NCBI GenBank assembly: GCA_963727805.1 | Contig: CAVSHF010000003.1 | Coordinates: forward strand, 480,001 to 544,000 | Direction of reading: 5' to 3' | Source: an uncultured Nitrospiraceae bacterium | GTDB lineage: Bacteria > Nitrospirota > Thermodesulfovibrionia > Thermodesulfovibrionales > Dissulfurispiraceae | Length of the DNA stretch: 64,000 bases | Part shown: piece after piece, positions 48,258-57,456 of the stretch | Layout of the letters: each line of letters opens with the position of its first letter | Position numbering within the stretch: the first letter of the stretch is position 1 | Notes under the pieces: model-generated | Database searches by the model: none | Seen by the model: the letters and a program-made list of their open reading frames with translations, nothing else | Told to the model about the DNA's origin: nothing | Program-made: the position numbers and the translations under genes

Positions 48258-49934
48258 TTATTGCCTTTTTGCTCGGGATAGTAATTTCAAAATGTTACAT
48301 CTCATTTTCCAAGTGCGGGTATTTTTCATATTCTCTATTTCCGTCTCTAATTGCTTAGTTTTCACGTCCAACTCATCAACTGCACTGATCATCCTCTTCT
48401 CGTATTCCCGCAGATAGTGTACACGCATAAAATCAATCTGATCACGTCTCAAAAGATGATTTGCTCTCTTCAACAAGATCCCAAGACCATAAGACTGCAA
48501 AAAATCGACGACTTCGTATTCCTTTCTTAATTCGCTCAAGAGACGGAAGACGCCGAAGTCCCGCTCATAGACGGCCGTGTCATGAAGCAGAATAATACCA
48601 TCAGATTTGACTTTCTTTGACCATGTATCATAATCATGCTTAACCGCATCATAAGTATGCAATCCATCGATATGTAATATATCTATTGAGTTATCTTCGA
48701 ACTGGGATACCGCATCGTCAAAGGTTTTCTGAATCAGTTTACAATTCAAACCACTGTAACATGAATTGACGATTTTCCTGACGCCGTCAAGAATGTCGCT
48801 CTCATAGAAACCGGAATGTTTGTCACCCTGCCAAGTATCGATAGCATATAGTTCCGTATCAAGAAAACCGTCTTTAACTGCCTGGCAAAAGGAAAAAAAT
48901 GAAGTTCCTTTATACGTTCCAAGTTCGACAATTCGCTGCGGTTTTATATTTCGAACGAGATCATAGGCAAAACACTTATGTCCTGCCCAGGCATACGTGA
49001 TGTCATTGAAAAAGGTTTCATATTCAAATACGGGGGAGTGATAAGCCCAGGTCTCATTCGCGGAGGTTAAATCAGAAAAAGAAAATTTACTTACGATTCC
49101 CTCCATGATCAATTGTGCGGCCCTATCTTCTCGGAGAATCAGCAAGTCATATTCTTGATCCAGTGTGCCTTTTTTGTAGCTCTCATACCATCTTCGCCAG
49201 TGGAAACATATCCGTTGGCTAAGCTTTTGATTGCGATCACACGAACTGCCCCCATATATGACTTTTTGCGTAAAGTGTTGATAACTTCTTATTGGAAAGT
49301 GATAAATTGTAATGTCTCTGGATAAGCCTTTTTTCATGAATCCATTATCGACGACATCGTGATTTCCCGCCAACACTTCAAATAATCCATCGGTTGTTCT
49401 AAAAATCACCTTCTGGGGGTATTTAAATAAATAGAGATTTTCACGCAACGAATCTATTTCGAGGTCCGAGGTAGTAAATGGCTTTACAACTGCGTAAATA
49501 GCATCTCCGGGAAAGCTTTCTTGTTTACTGCGGTCTGCTAGCAGTACATTTACGAAAGGAACAGAAAGGACATTATTGGCAGTTGTTGAAATCTCATTTT
49601 TCAAATTTCCAGATCGGGGAAACCAAAATTCATCTGCATCACAATGAATCATATACTCAGCATTGAATTTCTTGTGTGCAATTTCTGCCATCCTGTTGAC
49701 CCAATGTGCCTGTGCGTAATTCTGTTGCGGTTCCAAGATCAGATGGAGGTTGCCTTTTTGTTTGTACTCTTCCAGAATCTCAATCGTACCATCAATAGAT
49801 CCGTTGTCCGTCGCAATAATATAGTCAACACCGTGGTTTAAATGGAACTCGATGTTATGTCGAATGATATCCGCTTCATCTCGAACGAGAAGTGTCATTA
49901 CTAATTTTTTTGAATTATTGTGAATGCTTCCCAT
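48258..49934 (-). CDS. Glycosyltransferase-like / SAM-methyltransferase / coiled-coil fusion protein
   Basis: N-terminal LLVRDEADII, DNGSIDGT, CDADEFW; C-terminal VELGTYKGTS, IDTWQGD, HIDGLHTY; coiled-coil-like tail. Confidence 0.82.
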   Translation of the reverse strand: MGSIHNNSKKLVMTLLVRDEADIIRHNIEFHLNHGVDYIIATDNGSIDGTIEILEEYKQKGNLHLILEPQQNYAQAHWVNRMAEIAHKKFNAEYMIHCDADEFWFPRSGNLKNEISTTANNVLSVPFVNVLLADRSKQESFPGDAIYAVVKPFTTSDLEIDSLRENLYLFKYPQKVIFRTTDGLFEVLAGNHDVVDNGFMKKGLSRDITIYHFPIRSYQHFTQKVIYGGSSCDRNQKLSQRICFHWRRWYESYKKGTLDQEYDLLILREDRAAQLIMEGIVSKFSFSDLTSANETWAYHSPVFEYETFFNDITYAWAGHKCFAYDLVRNIKPQRIVELGTYKGTSFFSFCQAVKDGFLDTELYAIDTWQGDKHSGFYESDILDGVRKIVNSCYSGLNCKLIQKTFDDAVSQFEDNSIDILHIDGLHTYDAVKHDYDTWSKKVKSDGIILLHDTAVYERDFGVFRLLSELRKEYEVVDFLQSYGLGILLKRANHLLRRDQIDFMRVHYLREYEKRMISAVDELDVKTKQLETEIENMKNTRTWKMRCNILKLLSRAKRQ

Positions 49935-50011
49935 TTTTCACCTCAAAATAACTGCCATTGAAAGTACCCAGATCCTCTGAATTTTGATCGGTTCTACTAT
50001 CCATCTCACTT

Positions 50012-50686
50012 TTAACGTTTTACTATATAATATATCCGATGTTCGCTCTGTTCTATCCTGTCGGACAATTTATTAATTGACAAATAATCGTGAACGGCCC
50101 TGGAGCATCCATCCCAGAAGTAATAATCATCAAGAATGATTACTCCACCCTTTGCCACTTTAGGATACAAACTGTTTAAACAATCAAAAGTAGATTCGTA
50201 CCAATCACCGTCTAACCGCAACACAGCTATTTCACTTGTAAAGGTATAGTGCCTTAGTGTGTCGGAAAACCACCCCTTTACAATGTCCACCTCATGCGCA
50301 TGCGATAACTCCATAGCTCTTTTTGCGAAGTCAATATCAGCTTTACAGTTCTCATAGTAGAGCGGAGCCTCTTTATTTTTTTGCCATGCCACAGCTGCAG
50401 CCCCATCGATTTCTTGAGCCTCCGGTAATCCTTCAAAACTGTCAAAAAGAATATATGCTCGTTCATCTCCTAACATGTCGGCAATCCCGGCTATCATACC
50501 GCCGCGCCATACACCGCACTCCACGATACATCCTGGAACAGCAAACTTTCTGCAAAGATCCAAATTCCCCAAATAGATAGATTCAGGAATCATGGTAAAT
50601 TCTCTGTATTTTGAGTAAATAGCCCTATATTGGCGCAGCAGTAACTGTCGTTGAAGAATTTCTTTAATAGTTTGTAGTAATAGCAT
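50012..50686 (-). CDS. TylF/MycF-family sugar O-methyltransferase
   Basis: VECGVWRGG, FDSFEGLP, KGWFSDTL, LRLDGDWYES, DDY. Confidence 0.9.
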   Translation of the reverse strand: MLLLQTIKEILQRQLLLRQYRAIYSKYREFTMIPESIYLGNLDLCRKFAVPGCIVECGVWRGGMIAGIADMLGDERAYILFDSFEGLPEAQEIDGAAAVAWQKNKEAPLYYENCKADIDFAKRAMELSHAHEVDIVKGWFSDTLRHYTFTSEIAVLRLDGDWYESTFDCLNSLYPKVAKGGVIILDDYYFWDGCSRAVHDYLSINKLSDRIEQSEHRIYYIVKR

Positions 50687-50825
50687 TGCCCTTCCCTATG
50701 ATCCTCTCTCTGACGATCTTAAACGGTGAAAGCAATATCAATGTCGAAAAATCGTCATCTCAGGGTACTACTTCAGATACACGGCCGGAAAAGCAGGCAG
50801 AATGTACCTTTGAATTTTTATTCAC

Positions 50826-52118
50826 TTATAATTTATCAGTGCTCCATTTAAGTTTAGGAGCAACGACTCCTGGCAACTTTACTGACGAGATAGCACCACC
50901 TTGCCTCGCACTATGTATTACGAAGTCAAGAACTTCTGTTCCCGGAGCTAATATCCTTATGCCCGGGACTCCAACTGTCGCAAATATTTTAACTATATAT
51001 CGTCCCTTATTTAATAAGTAGGAAGGAATCGTGCATATTGTCCGATGAACACCAATAGTGGTTAGTTCATCCCTTTGATTTTGATCGGTAGATGAAAATG
51101 CAACGATGCCCTCCGAATTGATAATTTCCAAATAAAAAGACATTCCGATAACGTTATCAAGCATGTTATATGTAATTTCTATGTTTATCGGGTTTTCAGC
51201 ATCAAACCGCGAATGTGCATGACTTTCTGTGCCTACAAGTCTGACTGAAATCAACTTCAGCTCGCTCCCGCCCGGAGCTTCTTCAACATTGGGCCAGTGT
51301 ATCTCGCCACTATGAGATAATTTATCGATGCTTGAAAGCATATAAAGATCTACAACTTTTGAGCTTGTGTCATGAGTCAACAATCTACCTTGTGAAAGCA
51401 GTAATGCCACATTGCAAAGTGTTTTGACAGCGCCAAGATTATGACTAACAAACAATATGGTTTTCCCTAGTTTTCCGATATCTTCCATTTTGCTAAGGCA
51501 TTTTTTTTGAAACTGTGCATCTCCAACTGCAAGCACTTCATCCACAATCAAGATTTCTGGTTCAAGATGTGCTGCGACGGCGAATGCAAGTCGAACGTAC
51601 ATCCCTGATGAATAGCGCTTTACCGGGGTGTCGAGAAACTTCTCGACCTCGGCGAAAGAAACGATCTCGTCGAACTTTCTGTTGATTTCGGCCTTTGTCA
51701 TGCCAAGAATTGCTCCATTCAGGTAAATGTTTTCTCGACCAGTTAGCTCAGGATGAAAACCAGTACCGACTTCCAAAAGGCTTGCTATCCTTCCTCTGAC
51801 CTTCAAGCACCCTTTAGTCGGAGCTGTAACACGAGAGAGAATTTTTAAGAGTGTTGATTTTCCAGCCCCGTTCCCTCCAATTATACCGACTGCCTCTCCC
51901 TGCTTCACTTCGAATGAAACGTCTCGAAGAGCCAAGAAACGGCCATTTTCAGAAGATCTAGCCTGAGTACCGAGAGGAGAGATTATTGAGTTCGGGTCTT
52001 CCCTGCCTCGTATTCTAGCCCACCAACTCTGTAAATCCCGGTAAAGAGCGCGATGGCTAATGGTACCAAGCCTGTATTCCTTGTATAAATTCTCGACACT
52101 AATTACGACATCGCTCAT
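50826..52118 (-). CDS. wzt: Polysaccharide ABC exporter ATPase with C-terminal Wzt_C carbohydrate-binding domain
   Basis: GGNGAGKSTLLK, GTGFHPELTGREN, YSSGMYVRLAF, long C-terminal extension. Confidence 0.92.
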   Translation of the reverse strand: MSDVVISVENLYKEYRLGTISHRALYRDLQSWWARIRGREDPNSIISPLGTQARSSENGRFLALRDVSFEVKQGEAVGIIGGNGAGKSTLLKILSRVTAPTKGCLKVRGRIASLLEVGTGFHPELTGRENIYLNGAILGMTKAEINRKFDEIVSFAEVEKFLDTPVKRYSSGMYVRLAFAVAAHLEPEILIVDEVLAVGDAQFQKKCLSKMEDIGKLGKTILFVSHNLGAVKTLCNVALLLSQGRLLTHDTSSKVVDLYMLSSIDKLSHSGEIHWPNVEEAPGGSELKLISVRLVGTESHAHSRFDAENPINIEITYNMLDNVIGMSFYLEIINSEGIVAFSSTDQNQRDELTTIGVHRTICTIPSYLLNKGRYIVKIFATVGVPGIRILAPGTEVLDFVIHSARQGGAISSVKLPGVVAPKLKWSTDKL

Positions 52119-52969
52119 TAAACGGTATCCATGAAAGTTTTTTCGACACGACTAAAAAGGACTATGCCTAAGACCAAGACCAGTACAGTTATGCCAAGAC
52201 TGATGCCCCACTGCCAATAATGAATTGTTCCGGTTCCTAAAAAGGCACAGCGAAATATCTCCATAACCGCTGCGACAGGGTTCAGCGCATATATCCATTG
52301 CCACTTTAGCGGAATTTGAGACATCGGATAAACCACAGGAGTTGCGTACATCCACAGTTGCACGCCAAAGCCTACAACAAAGGTGAAATCCCTATACCTA
52401 GTGGTCAATGAAGAAATCAAGATGCCAAATCCCAGACCAAGGGCAGCCATCTGCAACAACAGAAAGGGTGTGACAAGAATCCACTTGGTAAAATAAATAT
52501 GAGCTCCTCGGCTATAAAAAAACACCCAAAATATCAAAAAAAGGCTCAACTGGATCGCAAAAGTCATCATGTTAGTGATAACTATTGAAAGTGGAACCGC
52601 AAGACGTGGAAAATATACCTTGCCAAATATTGCCGCGTTAGCGTTAAACGTATCAGATGTTTTAGTGAAACAGCTTGCAAAGTACTGCCAAACAACTATT
52701 CCCGATAGATAAAACAGAACTGGAGGTAACCCGTCAGTGGGTATGCTCGCGATAAAGCTGAAGACAATGGTAAAGACGAGCGTAGAGAACAGGGGCTGCA
52801 ATAAAAACCAGAGAGGCCCGAGAATGGTTTGCTTATATATGGCGACAAAATCACGCCGCACAAACAGCATTACTAAGTCGCGATATCTCCATAAGTCGAT
52901 AAGATGAATATCGATCCATCCGCTTTTTGGACGGATTATCATTGTCCAGGGCTCTTTTTCTATATCCAC
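52118..52969 (-). CDS. wzm: Polysaccharide ABC exporter permease
   Basis: RRDFVAIYKQTILGPLW, KVYFPRL, MYATPVVYP, LNP. Confidence 0.92.
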   Translation of the reverse strand: MDIEKEPWTMIIRPKSGWIDIHLIDLWRYRDLVMLFVRRDFVAIYKQTILGPLWFLLQPLFSTLVFTIVFSFIASIPTDGLPPVLFYLSGIVVWQYFASCFTKTSDTFNANAAIFGKVYFPRLAVPLSIVITNMMTFAIQLSLFLIFWVFFYSRGAHIYFTKWILVTPFLLLQMAALGLGFGILISSLTTRYRDFTFVVGFGVQLWMYATPVVYPMSQIPLKWQWIYALNPVAAVMEIFRCAFLGTGTIHYWQWGISLGITVLVLVLGIVLFSRVEKTFMDTV

Positions 52970-53040
52970 CCGAATCTTACCCCTTTAATATGCGGTACAT
53001 TACAGCACGTCTATCGTAATATTTGCGAGGCATTATCATG

Positions 53041-53205
53041 ATTACGGACATCGAGTTTTGAAGCTGTGATGATGTCGGTAATGTTCTTGCAGATAACGAC
53101 TAGTGAAATCGAACTGAAATTCTCCAGGCGCAAAAAATTATAGACCGCTCCTCAATTTCCTCTGAATGAGCCTATCAATTGCCCATTTCTGCCTGTGATA
53201 AGCAT
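53041..53205 (-). pseudogene. rmlD: Remnant of dTDP-4-dehydrorhamnose reductase N-terminus
   Basis: Directly after rmlC: MLITGRNGQL, then frameshifted EEIEERSIIFCA / PGEFQFDFTS / ITDIITASKLDV; rest absent. Confidence 0.6.
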
Positions 53206-53206
53206 G

Positions 53207-53773
53207 TTATTCCCATGGCCCAAACATGAAATTATTATCAGCATCCCGCAATAGAGGATGTAATCTATCCTTGGCCGAAAGGACGGGTTCGGAAAGTGGC
53301 CACCTGATATTGATTTCCGGATCGTTCCAGACAATCCCACGATCGTCAGCAAGGGAGTATTCGTTCGTGCATTTGTACATAACTTCAGCTACATTGCTTG
53401 TTACCTGAAATCCATGGGCGAAGCCCGGCGGTACATACAGTATATTATGGTTTTCTTCCGTAAGTTCCACCCCTACCCATTTACCATAGGATGGTGATCC
53501 TTTTCTGATATCAACCGCTACATCGAAAATATTTCCCTTTATGCATGTGACAAGCTTGCCTTGGGCGGTGGGGGTCTTCTGGTAATGCAAACCTCGCAGT
53601 ACCCCTCTAGTCGATCGGGAATAGTTGTCTTGAACCAGGTGATCCTGTATCCCTGCATGTGCGAAATCAGAGTGTTTGTACAACTCCAAAAAAAAGCCGC
53701 GCTCATCGCCGAATATCTTCGGATGTATCAAGACAACAGAAGGTATTTTAAGCATTGTAAATTCAAAAGGCAT
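53207..53773 (-). CDS. rmlC: dTDP-4-dehydrorhamnose 3,5-epimerase
   Basis: FGDERGFFLE, VQDNYSRS, LRGLHYQ, DVAVDIRKGSP, PPGFAHGF; SD GGAGG before ATG 53773. Confidence 0.95.
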   Translation of the reverse strand: MPFEFTMLKIPSVVLIHPKIFGDERGFFLELYKHSDFAHAGIQDHLVQDNYSRSTRGVLRGLHYQKTPTAQGKLVTCIKGNIFDVAVDIRKGSPSYGKWVGVELTEENHNILYVPPGFAHGFQVTSNVAEVMYKCTNEYSLADDRGIVWNDPEINIRWPLSEPVLSAKDRLHPLLRDADNNFMFGPWE

Positions 53774-53910
53774 TCGGCACCTCCACTCGTGTCCATGACT
53801 CGCAAACGATTGCAGAAGCATCATTCACTTTATTCACTGCTCCGCCCTCTCGGTCACAGTTCATAGTATAATGAATATGCCAAGACGGCCTGAATAAACA
53901 CAAAAATTTA

Positions 53911-54447
53911 TTATAAAGCTTCTACGCTGGAAGCATCTACCTGAATTGACACCCCTTGACGCAGTATGTCGACTGAAAGTACAAGGTGATGCATCCCCTT
54001 CCGTTCAATAAGGAGTCCCTCAACTCCTTTCAGCGGTCCGCTTTTGATCTTGACCCTATTGCCTTCTTTAAGGTACGGATGGGGATCAAGAGTCTCTTTG
54101 CTTTCTACAAGCCTTTTTAGAGCAAGGACCTGATCATCCGGAACAGGCTCTGGGTCCGCTGGTGTTAGCCCTATAAAACGGACCACTCCCGGTGTTTTCA
54201 AGACGCTGAGTTTCTCGCTGTTATTCTTCCTGATGCGGACAAAGAGATACCCAGGGAACAGAGGAAAAGCAACGAGTTTCTTTCTGTCTTTCCAATGTCT
54301 CAGTCGCTCAACAACGGGGAGAAAGTCCTCTATTCCCGATTTCATAAGCCTCTCCGTCACTATAAATTCATGACGTGACCGGACATGCACTGCGTACCAA
54401 TGCATTTCTTCAGAAATCATATTTTCCTGTTCATCATGCATGATCAC
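53911..54447 (-). CDS. UpxY/NusG-family transcription antiterminator
   Basis: WYAVHVRSRHE, WKDRKK..PLFPGYLFV, KOW motif GNRVKIKSGPLKGVEG; heads a polysaccharide operon. Confidence 0.9.
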   Translation of the reverse strand: MIMHDEQENMISEEMHWYAVHVRSRHEFIVTERLMKSGIEDFLPVVERLRHWKDRKKLVAFPLFPGYLFVRIRKNNSEKLSVLKTPGVVRFIGLTPADPEPVPDDQVLALKRLVESKETLDPHPYLKEGNRVKIKSGPLKGVEGLLIERKGMHHLVLSVDILRQGVSIQVDASSVEAL

Positions 54448-55028
54448 GAGAGATAAAATACCTTTTTATTCGTTATACCCGTCTGCTGTATAGCAGCAAT
54501 AATTTTGTCGTCGATGGATGAAACCAGGATTGCGTCATAATCAAGACCAGTTATATCGCTGACGGTATAAACATGATATCCGAAAAATCCGTTGTCGATT
54601 TTATTTTCAGAGACAACTCCGACTATCGTCAGCGGAAGACCGCGAGTCGATATATAACAAAGCTCGGCAATCTCGCCGTCTCCCCAAAGCAGTATACTCT
54701 TAATGTCGTCAGCCAGCATCCTGGCATAGATTCGCTCAATAGTGATACGGATTCCCCTGAAGTACTTGATAGAATGGCCCATATAGTTATAGGTGAGTCG
54801 TGCTTTTTCGGTAAAGCCTTGAGGCGTAATTATGTATTTGATCCTGTTCTTTGGAAGTGTCTTTACCTTGATATGACCTTTTTTATAAAGCCTTTTGATG
54901 TATGAATTAACCAGGCCAAGGGCGATTCCGAGCCTTCCCGCCAGCGCCCTTTGGGAAATAACTGAATCCCTCGAAAATTCGTCAAGCAGACGGAGAGATA
55001 TTTCGTCTGGTGCATCAGTAGTGTTCAT
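54444..55028 (-). CDS. EPS-associated MarR-like winged-helix regulator with C-terminal Rossmann-like domain
   Basis: SQRALAGRLGIALGLVNSYIK, YIITPQGFTEKARLT; C-terminal LLWGDGEIAE. Confidence 0.82.
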   Translation of the reverse strand: MNTTDAPDEISLRLLDEFSRDSVISQRALAGRLGIALGLVNSYIKRLYKKGHIKVKTLPKNRIKYIITPQGFTEKARLTYNYMGHSIKYFRGIRITIERIYARMLADDIKSILLWGDGEIAELCYISTRGLPLTIVGVVSENKIDNGFFGYHVYTVSDITGLDYDAILVSSIDDKIIAAIQQTGITNKKVFYLS

Positions 55029-55038
55029 GATTTGAACA
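55022..55038. promoter_or_regulatory. Candidate operator palindrome over the regulator start codon
   Basis: TGTTCA-N5-TGAACA; another TGTTCAA half-site at 55059-55065. Confidence 0.5.
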
Positions 55039-55235
55039 TTAACATAATTTCATGTACGTGTTCAATAGAGGGGCAACTAAAAAACCGGAAATTCCATCGG
55101 GGAATCACATATAAAATAATATGGCAATCACATGAGATCGCACCCTCCGGTTCGTATTCATCCCGGAAATTAGTATTATTAGGAGATATTATCCCTAGTG
55201 CCGATATTGTCGGCCGGAGATTGAGGAGGCATCGT

Positions 55236-56690
55236 ATGAGAAAAGAATGGAACAATATGCTAATCGCGATTTTATCAACATTGTTGTTAGTATGTTCGCA
55301 TGCATTGGCTGAAAAGAATGATTCGAAAAACGTCGCTCTCTCGACAACATCGGAAGACCAGATAGCTCTTGCGGTGACCGTTTATAATGTCAATGTCGGA
55401 CTCATCAAAGATCAGAGAGCTCTGCGACTTCCAACGGGTCAGGTTGAATTACGCTTCATGGACGTGGCGTCGCAGATTATCCCGTCAAGCGTATCTATCC
55501 GATCGCTGGTTGATACTGCAAGCCTTCATGTTTTGGAACAGAACTATGAATATGACCTTCTTAACCCTCAAAAACTCCTCGATAAGTATGTCGGAAAGGA
55601 TGTCAAATTATTCTATAAGAATACTTACACAGACAAGGAAGAGATCACAACTGCTACTCTTCTGTCGAACAACGGCGGCCCCATTTTTAAAATCGGCGAT
55701 GAAATCACGTTCGGCCATCCAGGCAGGGTGATATTTCCGGGCGTCCCGGAAAACTTAATGTCCAGACCAACCCTCGTCTGGCTGCTAAAAAATAATCTTT
55801 CCGATGTACAAAAAGTGGAGGCTTCCTATCTAACTGATGGCATAAACTGGCGAGCTGATTATGTGTTGACCCTTAACGAAAAAGATGACCGGGCTGACCT
55901 CACCGGATGGGTTACCCTCGACAACAAAAGCGGCGCGTCTTATAAAGAGGCAAAGTTAAAACTTATCGCGGGAGATGTCCATCGAGTTAAGGAACCAGCT
56001 GATTACAAAGATAAAATGGTAAGACTGGCAAAAGCCGAAGCCTCATCAGTAGAGCCGCAATTCAAACAAGAGGAATTCTTCGAATATCATATCTATACAC
56101 TTCAAAGGTCCTCCACTATCAAGGAGAACCAGACAAAGCAGATAAATCTGGTGGAAGCCGAGAATGTAGCAATAAAAAAGGAGCTTATTTTTAAGGGTGC
56201 CAATTATTACTATTACCGTCAATATGGAGACCAAATGCCAAAGCAGAAGGTGGGGGTCTTTGTTGAATTTTCAAACAAAAAAGAGAATAATCTCGGCATT
56301 CCTCTGCCAAAAGGCATTGTGAGAGTCTATAAGCGCGACACCGAGGGAAGTCTCCAATTTGTCGGAGAGGACTCTATTGATCATACACCGAAGGATGAGA
56401 AATTGAGGATTATGCTTGGCGATGCCTTCGATGTCGTCGGTAGCAGGAAGCAAACGGATTGGAAAAAAATTGCCAAGAATATCTATGAAGCAAGTTTCGA
56501 GGTGGTACTTAGGAACCATAAGAAAGAAGATGTGGCAATCAAGGTAATAGAGCCGATACCGGGTGACTGGACGATCCTCAGCTCTTCTCATGAGTACAAA
56601 AAGACCGAGGCCTTTCTCGCTGAATTTCTCGTCCCAGTTCTCCAGGATCAGGAGGCAAAGCTCATCTACACCGTTAGGATGCAATATTGA
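55236..56690 (+). CDS. Exported DUF4139/DUF4140-type protein
   Basis: Signal peptide, VTVYN, EQNYEYDL, YLTDGINWRADY, FEYHIY, GEDSIDHTPKDE; SD GAGGAGG. Confidence 0.78.
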   Translation: MRKEWNNMLIAILSTLLLVCSHALAEKNDSKNVALSTTSEDQIALAVTVYNVNVGLIKDQRALRLPTGQVELRFMDVASQIIPSSVSIRSLVDTASLHVLEQNYEYDLLNPQKLLDKYVGKDVKLFYKNTYTDKEEITTATLLSNNGGPIFKIGDEITFGHPGRVIFPGVPENLMSRPTLVWLLKNNLSDVQKVEASYLTDGINWRADYVLTLNEKDDRADLTGWVTLDNKSGASYKEAKLKLIAGDVHRVKEPADYKDKMVRLAKAEASSVEPQFKQEEFFEYHIYTLQRSSTIKENQTKQINLVEAENVAIKKELIFKGANYYYYRQYGDQMPKQKVGVFVEFSNKKENNLGIPLPKGIVRVYKRDTEGSLQFVGEDSIDHTPKDEKLRIMLGDAFDVVGSRKQTDWKKIAKNIYEASFEVVLRNHKKEDVAIKVIEPIPGDWTILSSSHEYKKTEAFLAEFLVPVLQDQEAKLIYTVRMQY

Positions 56691-56700
56691 ACAGCACGCG

Positions 56701-57456
56701 CTATTTTATGATGCGTTTGCGCATGAGCCTGAAAGGATATGGTGCAAGGATCGCCGCAACAACAACTATCCAAATTACGTCTCCGGCAACAACACCAATT
56801 TTGCCGGCTGCAAAAGATCTGCAGATGTTGACGAGATGGTAAAGTGGCGTAAAGTAGGCAATCTTCGAAACGAGAGGGGGAAGGCCGTCGATCGGAAAGA
56901 AAATACCGGAAAAAAGAAACATAGGAGTCATAACAAGAGTGAAAACATAGTTAAATGACTCGATACCTGGGACGATAGCTGTGAAAATCATCGAGATTTC
57001 AGCAAAGATCATCCCGCTCAAAAAGAGGACCGGTATGGCGAGGATGATGAGCTCCGAATCGACAAGGCCGAAAGCCGCGATAACAATCATTATTATGCTG
57101 CCGTAAAACATGCTTTTCGTGGCACCCCAGAAAAGTTCAGCCGCGATAAGTTCATCGATACCAACAGGGGTGGCCAGTATTGCTTCAAAGGTCTTTTGAA
57201 AGGTCATTCTGACGAATGTTCCATACGTACATTCGTAGACCGTCGCAAACATTGAAGATGATGCAATAATACCGGGTGCAATGTAATTGATATAGGGGAC
57301 ACCGTGAATATCCTTGACAAAAGCGCCGAGACCAAGACCCAGGGCGGTTAGATAGAGAACGGGTTCCACAAAGTTCAGGGCTATGCTTGATTTATACAGC
57401 TTAGTATAAACCATGAAATTACGCCGCCATACATGCCCTATCCTTTTAAGCTTCAA
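56701..57456 (-). CDS. ABC-2 type permease (NodJ-like)
   Basis: EPVLYL, YIAPG, ILATP, PMFLFSGIFFP. Confidence 0.85.
   Translation of the reverse strand: MKLKRIGHVWRRNFMVYTKLYKSSIALNFVEPVLYLTALGLGLGAFVKDIHGVPYINYIAPGIIASSSMFATVYECTYGTFVRMTFQKTFEAILATPVGIDELIAAELFWGATKSMFYGSIIMIVIAAFGLVDSELIILAIPVLFLSGMIFAEISMIFTAIVPGIESFNYVFTLVMTPMFLFSGIFFPIDGLPPLVSKIAYFTPLYHLVNICRSFAAGKIGVVAGDVIWIVVVAAILAPYPFRLMRKRIIK

Noticed and set aside
55037..55064. Second dif-like site
   Set aside because: Only a partial XerD-like arm (TTAACATAA); no matching XerC arm
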